Positions 25,331-37,227 of a stretch of 64,000 nucleotides of DNA are shown here, piece by piece. Under the pieces are notes generated by a model. It was not told the origin of the DNA. It saw only the letters and a program-made list of their open reading frames with translations, and made no database searches. The translations under genes were made by a program, and so were the position numbers. The stretch lies in contig CM059431.1 of assembly GCA_030390025.1 (NCBI GenBank), positions 94,490,001 to 94,554,000 on the forward strand, written 5' to 3'. Origin of the DNA: Squalus acanthias. Its lineage: Eukaryota. How positions within the stretch are numbered: position 1 is the stretch's first letter; each line of letters starts with the position of its first letter.

Positions 25331-27555
25331 TGTAAGAGTTGATTTTGATGATGTAATAATGGAGTGCATGTTTATAACAGAACGTAGAACACATTAGAAC
25401 TGACAAAGTACTTGTTACAACTTATCAGCAGAATTCATTAAAGGTGAACGTTTTAGGATTTGTGAAATAATTCAAAGGTATTCAGCTCTGCTAACTTTAT
25501 TCTTTCATTATATAGCTCATCATTTTGATACAAATTTCAATACATTCATGACCACATGACAACATTGGTAAACAGAAAAATTGAAAAATTGCTAATTTTT
25601 AAAATGTATTTCTAAACAATTTATTTTATTTACCTTTCTCTTTTATTTGGTTTTTATTTTTTCAATGTCATATACAAGGACATTTTTCTTGCCTCTTCTG
25701 GATTAACCCCACTTTACCACAACTTTCTGTCACACCAAGCTGTCAGGAATGCAATCTGGACCCAGGCCTCTGCCAGCCTCACTCTGTAACTGACTGCTTA
25801 TAAATTCGCAGAAACAGTCTGGGATGAATTCGTTCAAAATTTGCAACCCTTCACTATAGAAAACAATGGGAGATGAAAGAACGACCTCAGGGAACTGTTT
25901 GAGGTGGACTGCTATCCTATCACTCCATTGTACAGTGCATTGGAGAACCAGAAGTCATACAACTGCAGGCTCAAAATTTATTGTTGACTAACATTTTTTT
26001 CCACAAGCTAATCAATTTTCATTGCATACCTCATCTCCTTTAAGTACCAGTGATTTGGCTGTCACAGAAAAAAAAGACAGATCTACCTACCTACCTACCA
26101 CCCTACCTACCACAGGTTGAATAAAATAATACTGCTCCGTCATCGTACACTAATAATTGTACAGTAACTGTTTTGCACTCAGCAGCTGTGCTCAACCTAT
26201 GGCCTTCAGAAGTGAGAAGATTAACTGAATTCTCCTCACTTCTCATATGGTCAGTTAACAAACCGCCCATATAAATATGGTTTCAGATCCAAATAACAAC
26301 CAATCAAATAATCCCGATCGCCTAATTTCATCCTTTTGTGTGGGGATGGTATGTTATTGAGTTCACCTTATCTTTCACATTAACCTGAATGCTGTCTCTA
26401 AGGAAATCCGCTTTGCGCACTCAGAAATAAAGAACTATCTAGCAAACCATAGGTGTCAAATAGTAACTAAAAATAGGTATCAATCACAATCTATATAAAT
26501 ATCTTATTAAAACTCTTACATCTTGCAAGATCCCTGTCTGCACAACTTGACTTGCTGTTGCCATGTTTTGTCACAATTTTTGTGTTAACTTTTTCCTATT
26601 ATAAATTCATATGTCTACATTTATAATGAGTTTTGCCTAAGTAAACTCATCACTCTGATTGTGCAATGTGGCTACTGGGTTCCCACAAATCTCTTGCAAA
26701 GCTTTTTGAAATTTCTTATATCACATTGGCCCTGGATATTCTGATCCCTATGGGTGGGTACACCCTGTGTACTCACCCGTAGGGACATCGGAAATGCCGG
26801 TTTCAGGCATGCACAGCGCATGCGCTGGAAACCGGCATTTCCGATCTGTCAAGAAAGGGCTTGACAGATCAAACGCATGCGCAGGATAGGCAGCGCTACC
26901 GGCTAAAAGTTTCGATTTTTTCTCAAATGCTTCAGTCCAGGTATGTCTGAAACAGCTGCGCCTAGGAAAAGCAGGCATACAGCCTGCATTCTCCCGGAAG
27001 AAGCTCCAGGAAGAAGAACTCTTTCAGCAATGGGGCTTGGAAACGGAACATTTTTAATTGTGAAAGTGAGCAAAGTTCTTTGCAGAAAGCCTGAGGTAAG
27101 TTTTTATCAACTTTAATTTGTTAAAAACGGTTTTGGATCTTGTTTTGAGTAGTGTAGTTATAAAGAGCAACTCTTGCTGTGTGCAAGGCCTAATTGAATT
27201 AGATTTCATTTTCTTAAATGTGAAAATGACTGTTTAAAAATGAATTATTTAACATTTACTAAAGTTTAAAAAAATTATGCCAGAAAATATCAATTAGTTA
27301 TGTTAACTTTTCCATGCCCTTTAAAAATTGTATGTATGACTTTGTGGAAATGTTAAAGTTCTTTGAAAATCATCTCGGGCCGTGATATTCATCAGGCGGG
27401 TATGACGTGTACCCGATCCGATACCGCACGTTTCACACCATAGCCCCACGTGATTTTCTAGCCACTCACTTGATTAAAATTACTTTTACAACTCTTTCCA
27501 TTTTTTCCTTACAAGTACTTCATCTGTTTAAAGAGGAAGCCAGTGAGGGAGAAAC

Positions 27556-28688
27556 ATGCCCTTTGACGATGTTGCCCTGATCCTCGGTGTGATTGTGCAT
27601 CAGAGAATTGGAAACGCCAGGGAACAACAAAGAAGACTGAGGAACCATCACCGTCTCCTGATCCACCCCAGAGAGTGTACAGGGAGAGGCTGTCATTTGA
27701 GATGCTGTCGGAGGAGTTGTGTGTGAGGAGGCTGCGCTTCAGTAAAGAGGCAATCGGCCGACTATGTGACATGTTAAAGGAGGACCTTCAAACACGCTCG
27801 AAGACCCGCATTGCCTTGTCAGTGAACATGAAGGTAACCACAGCATTGAACTTCTTTGCAAGTGGGTCATTTCAGGCAGCCACCGGTGACATTTCCAACA
27901 TCTCCCAGAGTGCTGCATTGGCCTGCATTCACCAGGTCACAGATGCCATTTTCCTTAGGGCTTCAGAGTTCATAGATTTTGACTAGTCCACTCGCCATCA
28001 AAAGGAGATGGCCCTTGCATTTTATAGCATTGCTGGATTCCCCAAAGTGATTGGGGCTGTCGATGGAACCCATGTTGCGTTGAAGGCACCACTGGATAAA
28101 CCTGTGACAGACATCAACAGGAAGGGGTTTCATTCACTGAATGTCATGATAGTCTGTGATGCGCACCTCAGGATCCTAAACGTGAATGCAGATCACCGGG
28201 GAAGTGCTCATGACTCCTTCGTCCTCCGTAACTCGGACTTATATGGCGCCCTCAGCGCATTGCCTCCAGGATCCGCAAGGATATTGGGCGACAAGAGCTA
28301 CCCGCTAAGACCATGGCTGATGACTCCCTACCGCAAGACCAATACTGAGGCTCAGGAGAGATACAACCAGGCACACGTGTCCACATGGCAAGTGGTGGAG
28401 AGGACAATTGGAGTTCTGAAATCATGCTTCCGGTGCCTGGACAGGTCAGGGGGGGCCTTGCAGTATTCTCCTCTGAAAGTGTCAAGGATTGTGGTGGCCT
28501 GTTGTGCTTTGCATAACTTTGCCGTGCAGGAAGGACTGACCCTTAACCCTGCAGAGGAGCTCCCTGCTGAAATGGAGGACGTGGACAATGCCAATGTGCC
28601 TGTGGCCAGGCCTGATGGGGCGGAGCCAACTGCTGCCGAAAGTAAGGCTGCTCGGGAACTGCTAGTAGCCAACACCTTCACGAGGTGA
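27556..28688 (+). pseudogene. Harbinger DDE transposase (HARBI1-like) with one frameshift and one in-frame stop
   Basis: ALNFFASGSFQ, VIGAVDGTHVALKAP, NRKGFHSLNV, GSAHDSFV, LGDKSYP, VVERTIGVLK, CCALHNF. Confidence 0.92.
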
Positions 28689-29219
28689 TGATAGTGTCGC
28701 CTTGTACCTCCCCCTCCCCCTCCCCCAGCAAGGCAAAGAAAGGAACAGACACAATTTAAAGTGAAACACTGAACTTTTATTGCAGCATCAAAGACTTTTG
28801 AGGTTCAGTTTTGATGTTCTTAGTTTTTAACTTTTAAATGTTAAATTTTCTACTTTTCAAACATTCGCAAACATAATTTTTTTGAATAAAATTTGTAAAC
28901 AGTTTAAAGTGACTTTTTATTTCTTAGTGCATTAAAGACATTCAAGATGGAAACTAGCTATTTTCTAATTTTCAAACAGTTGTAATTTTAAATATTTTTG
29001 CAAATAAAAAAGTTGACATTTTTTTCAAAGTGACTAGAGGCTGTACTTTTTAAACGAAAAGGTTGCATACACTTTCAGTCACAAATATATATTTCAATAA
29101 AAAAAGCAACGACAACATTTAACATTTAAATAAAACAAAACATTAAAGAATTGAACGATTTGCTCCCTCGCATCTGTGCCTGAGGGTTAAAGGAGGTGGA
29201 TTGTGCAAAAGGTGACACC

Positions 29220-30827
29220 CTACTGTCTCCTGCGCTTTCCCCTTCCCCGTGACCGGAGCCCTCTGCTGCCAATTGAAAGGGCCCTGTGTGCCATCTCTTG
29301 CCCTTCAGCAATTGCCTCCTGACAGGGTTGCTGCTGCTGCTGCTGCTGCTGAAAGGCAACATTTGCTTGCATCAGGACTGGTGGAGCTGCTGTCTTGTGG
29401 GCCTGCACTGTTTCTGCGCTGGGAGCAGGTAAGGACGGCTCTGCGGGAGTCAAACTAATGGCAGCAGAAACTGGTTCAAGCAACTGCAAGAGTCGAACAA
29501 GAGACTCATTTATCTGATTAAGTGACATAGTAACATCTTTACCAAGAATATCAATTCCCTGCCTGATAGAGGCAAGCGAGTCAACTTTCTTCTCATGAAG
29601 AGTACACATCTCTTGTCTCAACCCTTCAATCTGTTGCAACTGAGCTTCTATGTCATTCCATAGCATTGAACGTCTTTCTGCTTCTCCCACCTGCTCTGCA
29701 GTATCAGGTTGGTGTCTGGCTGTGGAACGATAGTCATCTGTGCCTCGCTCAGAGCCAGAGGGGGCCAGGAGATGGAGAGGTACTGTGCAGCCACCCAGGG
29801 TCCATACCCTCCTCTTCCACTAGCTGACAAAGTGCAAATTCCTCCTCCTCCTCCACCACCTCACTTACTGCTCCCACTGCATCTGTAACCCCTTCCCCAA
29901 TGTCCTCTGCGGCCGCAGACTCAACGCACTGTTCATCCCGTGTGTGAGAAGTATGCTGTCCACCTGTGGGAAGGAAACAGTAAACATTTGCAAAGATAAA
30001 GCATGATCTGCCACATCACAGAAGCTGATATTCAACACACACCTAACATTTTTAAACATATAGCTGGCCAGACCAACTCACCTTTCCTTATCCCAATGTC
30101 TGATTGTGCAGCAGGCACTGTACAGCCGCTACTAATTCCAAGCAGCTGCTCGACCCTTTCCTCATGCTCGGATAAATCCATTAGCGTGCCAACACCACCG
30201 CCTGTCAGTGCACGTTCTCTGGCGTTGTGAACAATTTTACTTTAAAATGAAAACAGAAAATATGAAACGTCATGAAACTGCAGCTTTTTCTGCAGAGACC
30301 ATCCACCTGCCTTTGAGACAGGGACACAAGCTGCTTTGGATACAGGGTTCTTTTCACTCACTAATTGAAATTTTACAACTCAAACCTGTGGAATCAAGAT
30401 AAGAGCACAATGGATGATCCTGAGCTGGCCCCAAAGCCATAAAATTTTATGGCAAGCTCAGATGCCTGGATAATGAAGTCACTTGACAACACATATGCAT
30501 CGAACAGCTTTTTAAAACTAGTTCAGTTAAATTTAAAGAAATATTACAGTTGACTTTTCTAATAACTGTACAAACCTTGGCAGATCGCAATAAATCATTA
30601 CATTTTTTGCGGTACTGTTCCGCTGTCCGTGGAATGGTGTAGTTCGCGCTGACAGCCTGGGCAACTTCTGACCAAGCGATCATCTGTCCTTTGCGCGGCG
30701 CCCTGGACTTCTCATTCCGAAGGATCCGCGGGCGCTTCACCTCAACCTCATTGAGGAGTGTGCTGATGTCATCGTCACTGAAATTCTGAGCTCTCTTAAT
30801 GATGTGAATTGTGCTCAGTCCTTCCAT
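29220..30827 (-). pseudogene. Harbinger Myb/SANT-like DNA-binding protein gene, 3 exons (30827-30576, about 30242-30082, 29963-29220)
   Basis: KRAQNFSDDDISTLLNEV..WSEVAQAVSA..RTAEQYRKKCNDL; exon 2 KIVHNARERALTGGG; donors GTTTGT and GTGAGT. Confidence 0.85.
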
Positions 30828-31250
30828 TTCACTTTGCTGATTAATTAAAATGAATGAAAAAATGTTTTCAGGGCTTTTAAAACTCTTTAAATTGCTTCAA
30901 ATCCATGTAAAAGTCTTTAAAAGTTTCTAAAAGTTTGCAAAAGATTCAAAAAACTATAAAGAAACAACTTACCATGCAGTTTTGCAGCTAATTTCAGTTG
31001 CCAATGCTTCTGAAGAGTTGGGAAAAATTGGGGGCGTGGCCTATGCAAATATAACTTTTGAGGGCAGGTCTCCCCTACGCTCGACGCCCTAGGCTCCGTG
31101 CACGCTGCGCTCCTGGGCGGCGTGACGTCATACGCTGCCTAGGAGTCCTCAGGATTACAATGGAACTTTACGTGGGCCCAGAGCATTAAGGTCGGTGCGG
31201 TTCTTTTTTGCAGGTCGGGGGCTTCCGCCTCCGAGTGGAATATCCGGGCC

Positions 31251-31920
31251 ATTATATTCCATTTGCCATGTTCTTGCCCACTCACTTAGCCTGTCTATAT
31301 CCCCTTGAAGCCTCCTTGCAGCCTCCTCACAACTTACATTCCCACCCAGCTTTGTATCATCAGCAAATTTGGATATATTACATTTGATCCCCTCATCCAA
31401 ATCATTGATGTAGATTGTGAATAGCTGAGGCCCAAGCACTGATCCTTGCGGTACCCCACTAGTTACAGCCTGCCAACCCGAAAATGACCCGTTTATTCCT
31501 ACTCTCTGTTTTCTGTCTGTTAACCAATCCTCAATCCATGCTAGTATATTACCTCCAATCCCATGAGTCCTAATTTTGTTTAATAACCTCTTGTGTGGCA
31601 CCTTACCGAATACCTTCTGAAAATCCAAATACACCATATCCACTGGTTCCCCCTTATCTATTCTGCTAGTTACAACCTCAAAAAACTCTAACAGATTTGT
31701 CAAACACGATTTCTCTTTCATAAATCCGTGTTGACTCTGCCCAATCCTATTATTAGTTTCTAAGTGCCCTGTTATCACGTCCTTAATAATAGATTCTCGT
31801 ATTTTCCCTACTACTGATGTCAGGCTAACTGGCCTGTAGTTCCCCGTTTTCTCTCTCCCTCCTTTCTTAAATAGTGGGGATTACATTTGCTACCTTCCAA
31901 TCTGCAGAAACCGTTCCAGA
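31251..31920 (-). mobile_element. CR1 RT internal fragment
   Basis: ORF 31155..31778 [34 protein letters not shown]. Confidence 0.9.
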
Positions 31921-32332
31921 ACATTTGTACTAAGCAACATTTCATAAGACTGCTACAATCCGAAAAGATGACAGAAAAAAACTGATTCTGTTGTACACAG
32001 AAGTAATGATATTTACCAGTATCAGTCAGTACAATCAATCCTGACATCACTCCTTGCAAAGCCAAAGGTTAAAATGAAGAAAGAACTTGCAGTTATATAG
32101 AACCTTATCATATCCTCAGAATATCCCAAAAGGTTTCTCAGACAATTAATTACATTTGAAATGTAGTCACTGATGTTAAGAAGGTGTTTGCCTCAGCAAT
32201 CCCATTTTGAAATACTAGCTTCCACTTTGAGCTGCAGTAGGGACCTTCAGCAACCGGAAGTGGAAATCGAGAGTTCTCGCACACACTGCACACCACTTTA
32301 CGGACATTCATTTAAATGGTTGGAAAAATCAT

Positions 32333-33284
32333 GGGCTGGAATTGCTGGGTTCCTCCCGCATGGTGCGGGGGGACCCGAATGACGGCGGGAAACCCGGAAG
32401 ATTAGGTTTCCCGGCATGCTGTGGCATTTTAACTCGATAGCGAGTGTGCAACGTCAGGCGCAGGTTCCCCGCCTGGATGTCAGCCTGATTGACAGGCTGG
32501 CTTCCAATCGTGCGGGGAACTCGGAGAAGGAGGCCGCAGCAACACGTAAGTGCTGGGCCCAGGATGGGGCGGGGGAGCCACGGGGCGTTCCAAGCCCGGA
32601 GGGGGGGTTCAATCCACCAGAGGGTGGTCGCACTCCCTGTCCCTGGGGTGAGGGGAGTTGCGATCCCGGGGGGGTTCAAGGCCTTGTGGGGGGGGTGTGG
32701 GCGTCTGATCTCGGGGGTTGGGAGGGTCAGCTCCCTGACCCCGGGGAGGGGCGGGCTGATGGTGGGGGAGATTGGGGGGCCGGGAGGGTCAGCTCCCTGA
32801 CCCCGGCGATGGGTGGGCTGCTGGTGGGGGAGATTGGGGCGCCGGGAGGGTCAGCTCCCTGACCCCGGGGAGGGGTGGGCTGCTGGTGGGGGAGATTGGG
32901 GGGCCGGGAGGGTCAGCTCCCTGACCCCGGGAAGGGGCGGGCTGATGGTGGGGGAGATTGGGGGGCCGGGAGGAAGCACTCCTGCTCCTCCCAGCCCACA
33001 AGGATTTCTCCCCGAGGCTGAGGCCGCCTCGTAGCAGCCACCGGGAATCCCGAGTCCCCAAAGCAGGTTAAAGTAGAGGCTTCAGGCCACATTATCATAT
33101 GTAAATTGCCAACCCGCCTCTTGGCAGCGGATGGCAGCCCCCCCACCCCCACCCGTCCCGCCTGAGTGAAAGGTGAAAGTGGGCCGGTTGGAGGCCGGTT
33201 GGGGTCGGGGTTCACATTTTTTCAACTTTCACTTCTCCCCCCACGCCTCCAACCCACCCGTTTTAGCTCAAAAAATTCTGGCCC
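32333..33284. mobile_element. GC-rich Harbinger-type non-autonomous element with an internal minisatellite
   Basis: TIRs GGGCTGGAATT / AATTCTGGCCC; right end resembles that of the 8326-8996 MITE. Confidence 0.7.
32720..32972 (+). repeat. 62-bp G-rich minisatellite, 4 copies
   Basis: GGGAGGGTCAGCTCCCTGACCCC... recurs at 32720, 32782, 32844 and 32906. Confidence 0.92.
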
Positions 33285-34003
33285 ATGTGTCGCATGGGGC
33301 TAATTATTGATATACACTTTGGGTGGGCAAAGATCCCCTTCTGGAGTGCAAAGTTGGAAAATCAGCCCTCCAATCTCTGCCCTTCCCAATAATGGAACAT
33401 AATAATCATTATTAATGATACAGAACAACATGTAATGGAATATGTTTAAGAGAGTATCATAATACCACTCACAATTTGTGAAGTTGCCTCAACTAGCAGT
33501 GCAAGACTGAAATAAAAACCAAGACTGCTGGAAGTACAAGGCATGTAAAGAGACAACCCAGGTTAACGTGCACACTCAAAATATCAATAACCTGTCTTTT
33601 CTGTTTACAGGTGCTGATGTGTAGTTCCATAATTTTCTGTGTCTATTTTGCATTTCCAGAATTTGCAGTTTGTTTCCTTTTTATTTACATAGTATAGTCA
33701 GCAATCACAATTAGTCCCTGCCCCAGTGATCTGATCTTATCAGATCTTTGCTCTGTGTAAGTTCACAGAAAACCTTCTGGGTGCCTTAGCCTACTAACCA
33801 CACTGCACGACGGTTGCTGTGCTTCTCTCACTCTGCCCTTACGGATGTTTACGTGTGGTCATTTCTTCATCAATTATTCCACAAGTAAGTGTAGAGCTCA
33901 GAAAGACACCCACCTTAATTTTCGGTTTTGTAAGAATGCTGCTCATACAGAGCACCAGTACTTTTGTACACTACTCTACACATCAGATTCTCAAATTCAC
34001 AAA

Positions 34004-34123
34004 GGGAGTGAAATTGGTCAATGACAGTAGTGCAATGAAAAAGAAATGGTGCGTGGTATGAAACAGGCTGCTGATTTGCTATCAGCCCATTTTGCGCTGC
34101 TGCAGTTGACACGTTTCACTCCC
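34004..34123. mobile_element. 120-bp palindromic MITE
   Basis: TIRs GGGAGTGAAA / TTTCACTCCC, TSD AAA. Confidence 0.65.
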
Positions 34124-34245
34124 AAAGATTCTGCACCCAAACATTAACCCATCTTCTCTTAACACCTCCTAACTGATCTGCTGTGTATTTCCAGTGTTCT
34201 CTGTTGAATCAAATATAGTATTAATTGAAAGGAAACCAATGTTTA

Positions 34246-35045
34246 TAGAATCATAGAATGATCCAGCACAACAGGCTATTTGTCCCATCGTGCCTGTGGC
34301 AGCTTTTTGAAAGAGCTCCCAATTAGTCCCACTCCCCTGCTCTTTCCCCACAGCCCTGCAAATTTTTCCTTTTCAAGTATCCAATTCCCTTTTGAAAGTT
34401 ATTACTGAATCTGTTTCCACCACCCCTTCAGACAGTACATTCCAGATCATAACAACTCATTGCATAAAAATGTATTTCCTCATGTCGCCTCTGGTTCTTT
34501 TGCTAATTATCATAATCTGTGTCCTCTGGTTACCGACCGTCTGCCACTGGAAATAGTTCCTCCTTATTTACTCTATCGAAACCCTTCAAGATTTGAACAT
34601 CTCTATCCAATCTCCCCTTAACCTTCTCTGCTCTAAGGAGAACAACACAAGTTTCTCTAGTCTCTCCACGTAACTGATGTTCCTCATCCCTAGCACCATT
34701 CTAGTAAATCTCCTCTGCACCCTCTCCAAGGCCTGTACATCCTTTCTAAAGTGTGGTGTCCAGAATTGAACACCATATTCCAGCTGAGGCCTAACCAGTG
34801 TTTTATAAAGGTTTAGCATAACTTCCTTGCTCTTGTCAATGCAAGTTGTTGTTGTTGTCGTCTATATGCCTCTATTTATAAAGCCAAGGAACCCACATGC
34901 CTTTTTAACAGCCTTCACAACTTTTCCTGCCACCTTCAAAGATTTGTGTACGTGCACCCCCAGGTCTCTCTACTCCTGCACCTCCTTTAAATTTGTACCA
35001 TTTAGTATAAATTGCCTCTCCTCAGTCTTCCTACCAACATGAATC
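34246..35045 (-). mobile_element. 5'-truncated CR1 3' portion
   Basis: ORF 34586..34819 LYKTLVRPQLEYGVQFW; tail TAGAATCATAGAAT on the + strand. Confidence 0.88.
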
Positions 35046-35239
35046 ATTCACTCTTCGCTGCATTGCAAGTTGCATAAGGTCAGTGGCTTGTTTGTGACAT
35101 GTATATATTCTTCATAGCTGAAACTGTGATCACAAGTAGATTAATTTAGTCTGAAGTGTGAGTCGAATCTCACACTCAACCATCCAGTAGTGCCAAACCT
35201 CAGGTTCGTTCATCTTCCACAGTGATGACAGACCAAAGG

Positions 35240-35610
35240 ATGCCCACCATACTGTAAAACTCCAGTAGCACCACTGCAGTACTGTCAAACCCCAGGACTC
35301 CCACCCTAGTATCATCAAATTACAGGACCCCCACCCCAGTATTGTCAAATCCCAGGACCCCTAATCTAATTTTGTTAATCTATAGGATCCCCCACCCCAG
35401 TACTGAAAAACTGAAGGACTCCCACCCCAGTTCTTTAAACTTCAGAACCCCCATCCCAGTACTGTTAAAATTCAGGACCCATACCCAGTACTATCAAACT
35501 CCAAGTCCCCATTTAGTTACTTTCAAACTTCAAGACACCCACCCCAGTACTGCAAAACCCTAGGACCACTTCTCAGTGCTACCAAGGTGCGGGACTGCCC
35601 CCCAAGTGCA
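35240..35610 (+). repeat. Degenerate ~30-bp minisatellite (CCCCCACCCCAGTACTGTCAAA..CAGGA)
   Basis: Motif CCCAGTA..T.AAA..CAGGAC recurs about a dozen times. Confidence 0.8.
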
Positions 35611-35649
35611 GCTTAACCCCATTCCGCCTCCCCACAACCACTAAATACC

Positions 35650-37140
35650 AGGGGCTGAATTCTCCTCCCAATTGGTGGGTTAGTGGCCGAGCGTAAATAT
35701 CGCCTGTCAACATGAATCCACCGCCATTGTGAATCCACCTGCAATTGGCTCCCAGAGCCCTCCTTTGCTATGCAGGCAGATGTGGATGATAATATAGCTC
35801 CAGATTCATTTGCCATCACTGAGAGGGAGGGAAATACAGTTCTGGTGCAGCCTTTAAAAGGCAGCAGCCAGTTAAAGGTCGACATCACTTTGAGCAGCAG
35901 CAGAAAGAGGAATGACAGAAATGTCTGAAGGGGCAGCAGTAGCAGCAGCATCCTTGGTCGGGAGAGTGGATCAACAAGCTGCAAGGGCCCCCAGCTTTTC
36001 AGATGCATCTATGGAGGTGTTGCTGGCTGTACTGGGGTCCAGAAAAGGCAGACTGCTGGGCACTGAGTGCAGAAAGCCCCATAAAAGGTGGTGGAGGCAG
36101 TCAGTGTAACCTCCACCACCCATGAACTGCTGTACAGAGCAGGAATAAGGTCAATGATCTCACAAAGATGACCCAGATAAGTCAGGGCACTGGTGCCACC
36201 AACAACGACAGTGATGATGACAACAACAACTTATATAGCACCTTTAATATATACACATCCACTACCAGTCATAGAGCCTTCACTGATGCAAGGCAATGGG
36301 CTTCACTTACTTGAAGCTGAGTGTGAGAACATGATTCCTTTCAAGATTGTGGCTGTTTCAATTTGCACTGTGCTGCTGAGTTTGAGCTTTCTCCCTCTGC
36401 CTTTCCCCAATCTCTTGGGTGAGCTCAGAAAGGTGTTCCTCTTTCAATCCCACTTCACTCCCCTCAACAGTGATATCCCAAAGTCACTGGTATTGCTTTG
36501 TTAAGGGCCTGACACAAGTCTGCCACCTGAAAACAAGCTGCCTCTTGATTCTGTTCAAGTAAGTGAAGCCGATGACTGCATAAGACAGGAGTCTGATGGC
36601 CGAGACCTCAAAATTCCAAGTCCTACTATCCACCACCAGAAGTGCAATGGGATGGGGCTTCCACATGCCCAATTGCTCCAGTGCTGACCCCATCAGAAAT
36701 CCCAGGGTCAGCTAATTTTAATATTGTTGGGCATGATAAAGACACGAATCCCTCCAGCAATTGGTCATTTACCAGAGTCCCAGAAAATACATGGGGAAGA
36801 GAATGGAGGAAGCACTTCTGAGGACACAGGTGCTGCATTTGAAGTTGGACAGTTCTTAAAACAGAATGACCATGCAGAAGCCTGACGACATGGCTGCAAC
36901 AGAAGCCAATAAGGAGAGAGACTCAGAGTGACGTAACTTTTCTTCCAACTGAAATTAGGCACAGGCGGGGTGGAATAGTGAGAGCAGGCAACAAGAGACC
37001 TACCATGTGAAAGGAGGTGGCACAGACAATGCAGGAAGAAGTTTAATGAACTCACAAGGTCAGCAACGATATGTATGATAGCAGTAAGGTGCAATTCAAC
37101 TATATTTTTAACTTTACAGACTACAGACCAATATGAACCC
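35650..37140 (+). mobile_element. Highly decayed Harbinger end and Myb/SANT gene remnants
   Basis: Terminus GGGGCTGAATTCT; RAPSFSDASMEVLL and QCRKKFNELTRS motifs. Confidence 0.55.
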
Positions 37141-37227
37141 TACAAATGTAAGGGTAGAAACCTGTGAACTTAATGTGCTACACAGACCCCTTCACAGGAG
37201 AAGTCATATGGGCTGTTGGGAATGATT

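Larger units (their letters stand above)
26728..31250 (+). mobile_element. Complete (decayed) autonomous PIF/Harbinger transposon, about 4.5 kb
   Basis: TIRs GGCCCTGGATATTC / GAATATCCGGGCC, TSD ATT; convergent transposase and Myb/SANT genes. Confidence 0.92.

Noticed and set aside
27556..28688. Host HARBI1 gene
   Set aside because: Disrupted, flanked by TIRs and a TSD, and paired with a Myb gene, so it is a transposon copy rather than the domesticated gene
29328..29351. CAG/polyQ run suggesting a host gene
   Set aside because: It lies in exon 3 of the Harbinger Myb gene
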